64,000 nt of DNA from Massalongia carnosa (lineage: Eukaryota), in the NCBI GenBank assembly GCA_965645245.1, contig OZ287069.1, forward strand, positions 1-64,000. The letters run 5' to 3'. Under the pieces are notes generated by a model. It made no database searches and was not told the origin of the DNA. It worked only from the letters and a program-made list of their open reading frames with translations. Numbering within the stretch: the stretch's first letter is position 1; every line of letters begins with the position of its first letter. Shown one piece after another: positions 19,267 to 30,561 of the stretch. The position numbers and the translations under genes are program-made.

Positions 19267-22200
19267 ATAGTTAAACAACACGAAAAGCACCGTAAACCAA
19301 ATCGAGTCCGCACTAAACCTCTTATGGAGGATTTCAAAGAAAATCTGATGCTTCGCGAAGAGACCTCCTCCCCCCACGGCAAACGGGCGAAAAAGCACGC
19401 ACGTTTCGAGATATCGACTATGGTTGATATGATTCATAGGTCTGCAAAGTTTTACGATATCACACGATGAAATGCATGCTCGCAGTGAGGTGCCTCTTTT
19501 TGGTCCTTGCCGTACGGCGTCCTTTCCGTATTATTTGATAATTTAGTACTGTTCCGCAAGCCGCGTTCCATTTTTCGGGTTAAATCTAACCGAATAAGGT
19601 TGTGTTGCCCAAAGTAGCAGGGGAACTACTTCAGTAAAATATAGATAAGGAAGCGCGCTGTCCTGTGAGGTAATCTGCTTTGCAATGTCCACAAAGGTAC
19701 GATCTGGGTTGTAGAATTCCAGATCTGCTGCATCCAGCCACTGCCTCTTCCAGCCATTGCATGCTTCGACCAAACTAGTAGAGTCATTAGTTGCCAGCTT
19801 GGTGTTCTTGGAATGCGTGAACAGTGTTGCGCCTTGGAACCGATAAAACCCAGGATTCTCATCTATGGTCCTACCAACCAAGGTCCAGAGCTCATCGAGG
19901 TACCGCGGCTGGATCGTATGGGCAACTAACAGCTGGTTGGCAGACTCCTTCCGTTTGAGGCTCTCTGCAGATATCGCCATGGATGCAAGGTCGGCTATGC
20001 GAGAAGAGGCCGGATAGTTCAGCAGTATGTTGGAAGACTTAATAACCTTGGTGATATAGGGAAGAAGGATATCATCCAACCAGAGCTGCTCGTCACGCTT
20101 ACTGAAATACGAGGTATGCTCACAATCGCTTCCTTTTTGCAGGGCGGGAAAGAAGAATAACATGAGAAGATCGCTCTTGCCAACCACGCGCCCAAAGCTG
20201 TAGTGGGATATCTTATGCAGCGGGACATATCTTAGGGAGGGATTGTCCTTGATCGTGGAACCAGGGACCTTCAACCCAAAGTGTATGTCGCCCGTGAGAT
20301 TGAGGACGGGGTGGGCCTTGGGGAACCACTCTATCCCGCGACGGGCAAACCCGAGACTCTGGGGGAAACAACAGGTGCTGTCGATGTCAAAACTGACCCT
20401 TGCTTGACGATTCTTCCGACTTGTAGCGTGTTTCTTGGACAGGCAAAGACTCGGAGGTAGTCCATCGTTATGGGGAGTGGCTTCGTCCAGGCGAGCACTA
20501 GCAGTGCCTTCGAATGCCGCCTTGTAGCCGACGCCCTGGATATCGGTGGCTCTCATCAGTCGGGGGCTTTTGAGGACCGGGAAGCGGAGTGCCCCCGTTG
20601 TGTTACCCTTTAACAATGGAAGTAATATCAGGTATGGATGAGCACTCTGAGTGCACACCTCGGCGTCGGTGGTGTTCTTCATGCTGGCGATCGGCTTCGG
20701 TATGCTGCTCATGAGTGCAGCACCGGAATTTACGTAGCTGCTTGGCCAGCTTAGAAGATGTGCTCTCAAGTTGACCAGGGCTCGGATTTGCGATGTGGGA
20801 ACTCTGCGCGCTACGCGGTACCTGCTGTACTGCTGGTTGTGGACTTTGGCCTTAGGGGGGTTCTCTTGAAGGCACGGGTGGTGGTGCTTCGACGGATCCA
20901 GCAGGTTGATAGAGATCCGAGGGCGTAGGTGTAGATATAGCAATGCATGGATATGGGCGTGAAGTGGGCGAAGTAGGGTTAGAATCGACACTTGTTAAAG
21001 GCTTCATCCACGATAATAGCATGTTTCTCTGCGTTGGGAATGAAGTCCCACGTCTACTACTGGTGCTACTTGACTGAGCCTTGGAAGTCCTGCTGTGACT
21101 GCGGTGTGTATCTGCAGTATGCGGTGAACTGCTCTGTTGTATATCAGTATTCGGTAGACTATGAATTGGTGTACTGTTGTGTCTAGGTGCTGATGATTCG
21201 ACTGTTAGAATGTACAAATCAGTCTACTTCATTTCAGCCGCACTTACCTTCTACCGCACGAGTATGACGCACGCTAATGGCTAGACGTATCGCTAGTCTA
21301 ATACTAGCATACCGTACATTGTCTAGAAATCTAGCCATTCCCACTATATAGAACAATAGCAAGCGTTCTATCCTCTATCTACTAAACTACCTTTTGATAT
21401 CGACATCACTAAACTGCTGGGCGGCATAGTCAGAATATAGTGACCCGGCCTTGCTGCTCTCCTGCCTCTCTTGTTGCCCAAATCATAGTGCCTGGAGCAC
21501 TTCTGCTGCCTCAAGATGGGCTGTCGACTCCTCTAAGCGTGCCGTGACCACCGCGTCATAGTCTGCGTCTTCAATATTTGTCACCTCCTCTTTGCGTATT
21601 TTCTCAACTTGTCGAATGATTTCAGGCTCCTCGTGTAGGGATTTTGGAGTTGCAGTTCGAGGGGGGTTGTCCTGGGTTAGGTATGCTTCGGGTTCAAGCT
21701 CTTCCTCACAGTCTTCCACTATATCGCGATTCGGAGGGATTGGTATGTCTGGGCTGGTTCGCAGACCAATGGCAGGCAGGGTGTAGCTAGGAATATCGGA
21801 TGTAGGTAGAGGCACGTAGGCAACAAAGTCGACGGGACCTGCAAGACCAACCGGGCGCGATGGATTATGGTAATAGCCTCGATTCTGCCATCTCTTGGCC
21901 GCTGCAGCTTCATCGAGATGCTTAGGGACAGTTCCCCCCCGACCGTCCCCCCCCCCCCCCTCTGTATAAATCCTTACTAATAAACAGCCTTTTATTACTC
22001 ATCCAGGGTGCGTACAAGCTAGCAGTTACACTACGTATTAATAATGTTACTGTTACTGACTAAGTGTATTCCATACCTACAAATCTACCGATTCCGATGA
22101 CTTCAACTCCAAAAACGCGTCAGCCAATTGCGATACATCATCTTTTCTAGGCTTCATGGTTTTAGCCACTTTTCTCATCGCCGTTCCTTTCTCGCTTGAG

Positions 22201-22526
22201 CCCTAGCCTGTTTGACTGATTTCTCGACTCTTTGCTGGGATTCCAACTCCAAATGAGCCTTTGATTTCTTCGCCACACCCCGAGACCTTCGCGTTGTTGC
22301 AGAGGAAGTAGGGAGAATTTGACTGGCGCGCACGTTTTGGCTAAGACTATAAAGAGATGGAGCAGGCGCTGCCTGAGGTAGGGCTTTTTTACTATGCTTT
22401 GCCAGCACATCGTCAACATCTTCGAGCGAATCCGACGAGGCTTCAGATGTAAGAATAATATCATTTGCGTCATCCGAAGGAAGCATAGGATCCATATCAC
22501 GACCGAGAATTGGCTGAGTGCTTATA

Positions 22527-24854
22527 ACGTAGCTCACTGGGCAACGGGACAAACTGGGCAACGTGACTAAGTAATTCCGAAATCATCACTTTTTGACCAC
22601 TCTAGATTATGAAGCCTTCATTACATACATTTTACATACAAATTCAGCTTCAGATATCACAGTAGATTATATACATCATTTTGAAACTCTACAATCATGG
22701 GTATAGATAATAAACCACCTCCCACAAAACCTCCATTCCTTCATGTTTTCACCCCACCTCCACCTATCAACAACGATTACAGTCAGCCTTTTTGGCCTGG
22801 AAACAGGCCGATAGAGCTCTTTCCATTACGAAGGCAGCTTTTCTATATGATGTTTCAAAGTCTACCCTTCATGCCCGCATTCAGGGTCGTCAACCACGAT
22901 TTACGTCTGATCAACTTAAATAACAGCTGACCCCCGAGGAGGAGGACGCTTTGAAAAACTGGGTTTTACAACTGTACGCCTGGGGCTGGCCTGCTAAAAT
23001 AGCTCAGCTACGTCAGATGGCCATAGAATTACTACGAGCAAGGGGGAATCATACTGTGCTAGGAGTCAATTGGCAACAGTATCTTTTGCATCGTTATCCA
23101 GATCTGCAGGCTAAATACAGTCGCACACTAGATCATGAACGATTATTCGCTGAGAATGAAGAGATATTTCAGCACTGGTTTGACCTTTTCCTCTCCATGA
23201 AAGAAAAGCACGGAATTCTTGATGAAGACATCTACAACATGGACGAAAAGGGAGTCATGATAGGGGTAGCTGCTAGTGCTAAAGTAGTAATTTCTAAGCA
23301 CGAAAAGCAAGCCTTTTCAGCACAGTCAGGTAATCGAGAATGGGTGTCATTGATCGAGTCCATTTGTACTACCGGTCGAAGTTTACCTCTTTTCGACATC
23401 TTCAAAGGAGTCAACAAGCAAAAGGCCTGGTACGATGCACTAGAGGACATTGACACTGAAATAGCTACCAGCGAAATCGGATGGATAGATAATGAACTAG
23501 GACTTGCTTGGTTGAAAAAGTGTTTTGAACCTGCCACTGCAAAATATCTACACGGTGAATATCGACTTCTTATAGTAGATGGTCGTGCTTCCCATATTTC
23601 TACCGAATTTATCAAGTTTTGCGACGAAAAGAAAATCATTCTTTTGTGTCTACCTCCACATACTACCCATATGTTGCAAACTCTGGACGTGAGTGTTTTT
23701 GGGCCCTTATCACGGGAGTACAAAAAACAATTGGAGGTCGTCACCCAATTCAACGTCTGTTCAGTGGACAAGGTAGATTTTTTGAAGATCATTCAAAAAG
23801 CAAGAACAGAAGCAATCAATACAAAAAATGTGCTGACTGCATGGAGAGCAACCGGATTAGTACTATACAATCCGTCATCAGTTCTTCAAAAACTCACTAA
23901 TAAACAATCGGTGTTGTGAAAGACTGATAGCATCACCACTACTACCACCACACCACCACCACTACCACTACTACTACCACCACTACGAATATCACCTCCT
24001 CTTATCCTAACAACTCCGACTACCCTTCAAAACTCTCACGAAATTGAAAAGACACCTGCAAATATCGATCAAATAAATCAACTGATTCGTCGAATTCGAA
24101 ATGATGAAGAATCAGACTCGACTCCCGTTCGAGCGCTAAATAAATTGATAAAAGGCGCTAAATATGCCTTCGCAGACTCTACCTTACTACGTATCACCAA
24201 CAACGAGCTTCTTCAGGCCAATGTACGGCGCCATCATCGAGCCAATCGTAGCGGGGCTCCCTATGGAGGAAAGGCTCGAGTTCTAAGCCTTGAAGACGTT
24301 CAACAAAGACAGCAATGGGCCAAAGATAAACAAAAGGTAAAATACAGAAAAAAGAAGGCCGCTTAGCTAAAACGAGCTGAGCAGGACCTTATCAAAACTT
24401 TCAGGGAAATGTGTCGATTTGGACCTGATTTACTCTGACAAACGTCTACTGCATCTTCGACGAAAAGTCCTCAGAAAAGTCCTCAGAAAGCACCTGATAG
24501 TTCACAAAGTAAACCTATTTGTTCTATTCAAAGACGATTACTACATCCTCCCGTGCTTCAACCAATGACAGAAGAGGTAGAGGGGGTGGAGGAGGTAAAG
24601 GTGAGTAGGGGGTTAGAGGTGGAGGTGGAGGTGGTAGAGGAGATAAAGAAGGTTCAAACTACCAGACGGGGTCGTATTATACGTCAACTACGTAAAATGT
24701 GATTAAGTTGCATACAGACAAAGTATGAATTTCACGTCTAATAGACATTGAAGCCGAATTTGTATGTAAAACGGGTGAGAGGGAGGCTGTAGAAATTAAG
24801 CGAAATTTAGTTAGTCCCGTTGCCCAGTTTGTCCCGTTGCCCAGTGAGTTACGT
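22527..24854 (+). mobile_element. Fot1/pogo-type Tc1-mariner DNA transposon nested in the MULE
   Basis: ~48-bp TIRs ACGTAGCTCACTGGGCAACGGGACAAACTGGGCAAC... containing an internal direct repeat. TA TSD (22525-22526 / 24855-24856). Confidence 0.95.
22697..24366 (+). pseudogene. Fot1/pogo DDE transposase with stops and frameshift
   Basis: HTH/CENP-B-like region (VSKSTLHARIQG...LTPEEEDAL), YNMDEKG, LLIVDG, HMLQTLDV. Stops at 22921, 23917 and 24364. Confidence 0.9.
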
Positions 24855-26400
24855 TATACTGCACCTCGTCATCGTCGTCGGAGACGATAGACGCGTTTTC
24901 GATTCTCTCCATAACTAAGTTTTCTCCTAAACCTATTGTACCCGATATTAGCCGACCCGAGCGCAATAACTTTGCAACATCGTGAATTTTACCATCTGTT
25001 TCACCTTTAACCTCGTCGTCGCCCCCAGCACGCAATCTATTATATCTAAGCCTCCTCCCTTGTTCAATAGAGTCCCTTTGCCTAGTACGTCGCTGTTCAG
25101 TTTCTCTAGCCTCAGCTGCCTCGCGACCAATGTAGGCACGTCGACGACTCCCTCCTTTCTTATACATGAGGTTTTCTTTGGGCCGAATTTCATCGGGGAA
25201 TGTGGTGGGGATGAGAGGTCTTATCAGCTCCTTCTTTTGCCATTTCTTATTGAACTTTTCAACGATATGAGCATGCTCGCGAGCGTATTCCTCCCTTCGA
25301 TGAGAATCTTCTATTGATTGATGCAGGTCAATAGATTGATATGCCACAGAATGTAGCAAATCAAGGCCCCCGCGGCGAAATCTATCCTCACTCAACACGA
25401 CTTCTTCGATCTCGACCTCATCCTTATCCGCCTCAATCTCTCCCGCCCCTTCGACCTCATCGACGATTTTTTCGACCCCGGGCTCGGAGCCGCGAGCGAA
25501 ATTGAAGGTCATTTGCCAAGAGACCGCATAAGGTAGGCAATAAAAAAACCAGCGGGGGTGGATAAGGGAAACGAGAATAGGGACCGAGTCGATGATGTAT
25601 TTATACAACCAGCATTTTCATAGGAGACCGTACCTTAAAGGCAACTAACAATCATAAACACAGCTTCCACCATCAAGGACAATAGAAAGGATTCGTTCAG
25701 CTAATGATTTGGCGGCATCGAGTTCTCTTGAAACGAGGCTAATGGCATGATGCGTAATTTTCCCAATGAGTAACGTAAAAGCATTTCTATCGATCAATCT
25801 AGGATTGCGTATTCGCTGCTGATTGCACAAAATTTCCTGATATAATTGTTTTTTCCGCATCTCATCACATATTTTCTGCACCGAGTGTGTTATAGGCAAG
25901 GGCAAATGGTAAGTGAGGGTGAGGGTATGCTTTATCAGACCGAGTAGGGTAATTATTAGGAGCAATAACACGTCATACAATTAAAACCGAAAAGAGTGTA
26001 ATGTGCTATTGGCAGTTGCATTACTAGCTTGTACGCACCCTGGATAAGCAGTGAAATTGCTGTTTACTAGCAAATATTTACACAGGGGGGGGGAATGTCC
26101 CTAAGCACCTCGCAGCTTCATCAGCAGTAGAGTACTTTCGAGGCCTACCACCTGGCTTTTTCAATGGCTCCGTAGAAGGCGTGATTGGGGAAGAGTGACG
26201 CTGAGCAGTCGAAGTCTTAGAGATGACTAGCGACCGCAATACCTCTGAAAAATGAGGGATTTAAGAAAAAACCCTAATTTGGTTAACGCGCACGACGCAG
26301 TACGTGACACCAGAAAACATTGATAAAATCCACCAGAACGCCAGCTAAGAATTTAAAATCAATAACAGGTTTAAGTTACTCATCGCATGATCTCATCGCA

Positions 26401-26890
26401 TGTCACGGACATGGTCCAGATAGGGAGATATATAAGAGTTACTATTTAGAAAGCTAGGTCTAGGGATAGTATACAAGACGTCCGACGAAGAGCTCCAAAC
26501 ACCTGAGAAACCACATAGGTTTTATAGCCATGGCTTCCAACTCCCCTATTCTTGACTTGCCCTTATCTCTGTTCCTGTTCTAATTTCCTAACCATGATCG
26601 CTTTGACCTGATCCACCTTTCTCCATGCCGAAGCAATCTCTCTCTGCTGGGCAATCCCAGTCGTAGGCTTGGATAGTGGAGACGTTGAGATTGGATAGGG
26701 GATATAGAAGTTTAGGAGTGCACTGAAGGCAGCGGAAGAACGTCTGAACACATGGGGCGAGGTTTCAGGATAGTTCGGAATAACGGGCCATGGTTCTATT
26801 CAACATGCAGGGCAGGTTTCACGGCAAGAGAGCCTGTTAAATACTAACCAGATCAGGAAACGTGGGAGGGTGCGATGTAATTCCATGACA
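26401..26890. mobile_element. Solo LTR (490 bp)
   Basis: TGTCACGG...CCATGACA with TSD TCGCA (26396-26400 / 26891-26895). Absent from X copy 1. Confidence 0.9.
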
Positions 26891-29253
26891 TCGCATGATA
26901 ATATCATTCACATAATCGCATTATCGATCACTTCTCGTGGTCAGGATTAGGATTTACATGAGAAATACAGGAAAAAACCAAATTCGGTTAGCGTGGTAAG
27001 GTGCTCGGGCGGAATCGAGTGACACGACTTCTCCCCTTGGAATCATCACAACGCAACCAACAACGCTTACAATGGTTACCGACTGAATGAGAATGATGAT
27101 TGATGTCCTTGCCGATCGATTGCGCCAAAATAATCCACTACTTGTGTTCTAACCTTCACCCCGGATTCCGATATCATATGCTAACTTTATAAGGACCTTC
27201 GGTGGTTAAATCTTGGCCGAGCGTATCCTAAAGCTGACGTGGTTGAGGGAAGACGTGCGTTCCACAAATGTTAACATAGTGTGGAGGGGTGAGATGCTGA
27301 GTACTAGTGATACCAGACATGCTGGCGCTGGTCAGCGAGAACTGCAATCGGTGAAGGATTCGAGTATTCTCAGCTCGAAGCACTTCTTCTTCGCCTTGGC
27401 TCCTCTGAGGATAGCGAGATAAAGCATCGGCAGCTCCATTAGCCTTGCCTTGACGATAATCGATGCGGAAATTGTAACGAGAGAGTTCTTGCGCCCAGCG
27501 ATCCTGGCGGGGGCTTAAACTCTTCGTATCCATAAATCGCCGCATGTTGTTGTGGTCCGTAAGCATGAGGACTTCATGCTTATTACCATCGAGATAATGC
27601 CTCCAACTCTTAAGGCTTCAACGATGGCTAGTAGTTTCCCATCGCGAGTTTCGTAACGAGTTTCTGCAGGAATTATTTTCCGAGAAAAATACGCTACTAG
27701 GTGCCATTGACCGGTTTCGATATCCAGCTGGCTATGAACGCCACCTATAGCGTAACCCGAGGCGTCCGTCTCAAGTCGGATGTGGCGCTTAGAGTCAAAA
27801 TGTCGGAGGATCGGTGCTTCAGTGAACGCCTGCTTCAATTGGGCAAAGGCTAACTTAGCGGCAGGAGTTAGGAAACAAGATTCTTCCGCTCCGCGCCTTG
27901 CCTTTGGGGATGGGCCAGTGTTGGCTACTAAGTTTGTTTTGAGCATTAAGGTGAGTGGAGTAGCAATCTTGCTGAACCCCCGGATGAACCGCCGGTAGAA
28001 GTTGGCGAATCCCTTAAACACCTAGACGTCCCGTACTGACTTGGGTTCTGGCCAGTTCCTGATAGCTTCAATCCTTTCCTCTTCCATACTGAAGGTATTC
28101 AAGTGAGATCCATTAATCTTCTGCGCCCCAACATCTGTTTCCCTAACACGAAGGCCTAGTTTCGCGGCATAAGCGGGGTGCACTGCGTTGACCTCGCTGC
28201 CGGAATCTATCAAAGCTTGTACCTCGTCTTGATCTTTCCTCAAACGGACCGGATATCGAATACAAAGAACCCGTTCAAGATTAACCTCCTTACTAGTTTC
28301 AGTCATAGGCGCGGAGGTTGCCAAGACCGATACTAGTTTTTTGAGGTGTCCTTCTTAGGCTCGCGACAAGTACTTGCGTAGTGTCCCTTCTTGTCGCAGT
28401 TGAAGCAGGTGATTTGGGAGAAGTCCCTGCTGGTGCCACTGGAAATGTTGGCACCGGTGGCCGGAGTGGACTCCGAGCCTTTGCAATCTCGACCTTGATC
28501 AAGATATCGCTGCCTTTTCTTTTCTATCCGAGCTTTCTTGGCAGCAATCTCGCTATTCTCTAGGCACGAAGAGTTTAATTGCTTCGGACCCGACGTTTTG
28601 GGCTTTTCGCTAGGCTCGTCTCGAGGGTCTCGAGTAGAGGTCTAGGTTTGGCTATAATAGCATGAGCGGGCCGGGTTCTATGTCGACAGCACTGATCCAT
28701 CTCACGAAGGATCGATTGCGGCTGCAGGCTAGATTTTGCCTCAGTATCGATCGTTTTTTCGACCAGCTCCTCCCAACTGTCTAGTTCCCTTTCTCGTTGT
28801 TCTATCTGAGCCTTTATCGAAGGCTTGAGGCCTTCACGAAAGAACCGGATAAGGTCCGACTCCTCTGAAGTTCCCTTAGCATCAAACTCCAGGAGTATCG
28901 ATTGCAGATATTCCAGGTGAGAAGCTCAATCCTGAACTTCTTCATGTTGGTACTGGGAGTCCCGCTTGATCCTACTCCGGTGTCATGGTGCGAATAAGGA
29001 TAATCTAGGAAAGGTAGTCACAAGAAGGTTGCTAAGATTGCTAAGCGATACCCCCGACATTTAGCGTCGCGGGAGGTAGCGCATTGGGTTTAGCGGGAAG
29101 CTAACCTCATCAAGGTTAGTAAAGGGATCAAGGAGTTATAAGAAAATCTCTGCAGCAATTGCTGCTTTCTTCTTTGTGTTCGTCTTGTTTATTTAGCATA
29201 GCTATTAGCTAGCCATCAAGACCATCATCACCACCACTTGAGTAGGCCTTCTA

Positions 29254-30561
29254 TTGCCCACCCGTTACATTACGAACACCTCCCCCATACCTCAAGTGGT
29301 CCTTCGTCCCCAGGTCCTTCTCCCGAAAAGGATGACCTCCAGCTTCTCCGCCGAGGCATCTACCTCTCTCTCCGAAGGCCAGACCTTCGATCTTCCCCCT
29401 CCGGACTTCAAAAACGAAGCCTCTCTTGCCCCTCACGTCATCACGCCTGATGCTTGGAGCCACTCGATCCAGAAATTTCCCCACGAGTGGTACAATTTTT
29501 CTATTCAAGCTGCCAATCAGATCACGTCCCTCTCGAGCTCCCTGGACATAAAAACGAGTCAGTGCGAGTCTTTAGAATCGGAGCGTGATCAAATCCGCCG
29601 TCAGCTGCGTGACTCCAATGACGAGCTGATCGCGGCTCGAGCCTTGATCATCAGCCTTCGCGGACACCCATCCCCCATCAGCCACGCAGACTCCCGATCG
29701 GAGAGACTCCCGGATATTCCCAAGTTCTCGGGAAAGAAGGAGGATTTACGTTCCTGGACAACCCAACTGCACTTGAAACTTTTCGTCAATAAAGACCGCT
29801 TCACCGGAGAAAAATCAGGACTCATCTATGCTATCAGCCGATTGGAGGGGCGTGCGCTCTCCCAGGTACAACCGTATGTCAAGTCACAGCACGAAATCTC
29901 TCTGCCGGATGTACCGTCCCTCCTGGTGCTGTTGGACCGTGCGTTCGGGGACCCTGACCGAAAGGCCACCGCGCAGCGTGAGCTGCGTGCCCTTCGTCAG
30001 GCAAATCGAGAGTTCCATGTGTACTTAGCAGATTTCCAACGCATCGCCCCGGACACCAATTTTGATGAGGAAGCTCAACGCGCTGCCCTGCAACAAGGTA
30101 TCAGCGAAGAACTTCAACAGCTAATGGTAACGCAGCTGGTCCCGGAGGACCTCAACGAGCTGATCTCGTTACTGCAACGGCTAGATACTCGCCAGCGCAA
30201 TGTCAATGCCCTGCTCCGGAAGCCCTACTCGCCCCGGTCCGCCCCATCTTCTTCTGATGCGGGGACCACACTTCGTAACCCTCCGTCTGGGGGGGTTGCC
30301 CTACCCCGAACCGTCTTCCCCGCCGCTGCCGCTCCCGCCTCGCCTCCAGACGCCATGGACCTCTCCGCCTTCTCTCGAGGCAAGTTATCCTCGGCGGAAG
30401 TAACTCGTCGTATGAACGAGGGGCTGTGCCGTTACTGCGGGGAGTCCGGGCACTTTGCGGCCAACTGTCCCAAACTGGCACGAGGGGGGAAACCCAAGCC
30501 GTCACGACTCAACGAGTCTACCCTTGCGGAGTCGACGGAAAACGCTGTGTCTTCGAGCTAA
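29254..30561 (+). CDS. gag: Gag (first ATG ~29332) with CCHC knuckle
   Basis: IPKFSG, AMDLS, CRYCGESGHFAANC. Confidence 0.93.
   Translation: MPTRYITNTSPIPQVVLRPQVLLPKRMTSSFSAEASTSLSEGQTFDLPPPDFKNEASLAPHVITPDAWSHSIQKFPHEWYNFSIQAANQITSLSSSLDIKTSQCESLESERDQIRRQLRDSNDELIAARALIISLRGHPSPISHADSRSERLPDIPKFSGKKEDLRSWTTQLHLKLFVNKDRFTGEKSGLIYAISRLEGRALSQVQPYVKSQHEISLPDVPSLLVLLDRAFGDPDRKATAQRELRALRQANREFHVYLADFQRIAPDTNFDEEAQRAALQQGISEELQQLMVTQLVPEDLNELISLLQRLDTRQRNVNALLRKPYSPRSAPSSSDAGTTLRNPPSGGVALPRTVFPAAAAPASPPDAMDLSAFSRGKLSSAEVTRRMNEGLCRYCGESGHFAANCPKLARGGKPKPSRLNESTLAESTENAVSSS

Larger units (their letters stand above)
15097..19645 (-). mobile_element. Non-autonomous Helitron (~1.96 kb without the nested MULE)
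   Basis: Minus-strand 5' end TCTATATTTT at 19645. 3' end CTCG at 15097 with an 8-bp-stem hairpin (15108-15125) 11 nt upstream. Inserted between A and T without TSD; removal restores CCT TAT GAT CAG in the X gene. Confidence 0.85.
21914..26112 (-). mobile_element. Internally deleted MULE related to 58962-62381
   Basis: Imperfect ~100-bp TIRs CGAGATGCTTAGGGACA... / ...TGTCCCTAAGCACCTCG. 9-bp TSD CAGCTTCAT (21905-21913 / 26113-26121); empty site visible at ~5100. Retains only the C-terminal transposase part (24811..25980, 22100..22520). Confidence 0.92.
7253..26182 (-). pseudogene. Element X large protein of unknown family (segments ~26122-26182, 19646-21913, 14050-15096, 7253-7677)
   Basis: AT-hook N-terminus (start codon mutated to ACG). 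Intron 21202-21247 (GTAAGT...CTAACAG). Conserved-looking blocks SFDIDS, VPLHKI, KNTKL, TFVDIAKQ, LWKKCC, GLIYSQFY, SYGVREEHR, KINWETW, THWILPY. Several stops and frameshifts. Confidence 0.7.
7253..27176 (-). mobile_element. Element X copy 2 (~4.3 kb after removing nested Gypsy, Helitron, MULE and solo LTR); 3' end truncated
   Basis: Removing each nested insert restores continuous coding frames (RLPK-SWLEY at 14049/7672; ALPY-DQIP at 19646/15096). The 5' end ...CCGGATTCCGATATCA at 27176 is the same breakpoint as copy 1 but abuts a different Gypsy. Confidence 0.7.

Noticed and set aside
19543..20991. 482-aa ORF as a complete standalone gene
   Set aside because: It is an internal piece of the X gene. 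Its last ~33 residues are read-through into the Helitron and its start is probably out of the true frame.
21903..26123. 11-bp TSD for the MULE
   Set aside because: The related element at 58962 has CGAG...CTCG ends with a 9-bp TSD, so the terminal C and G belong to the element.
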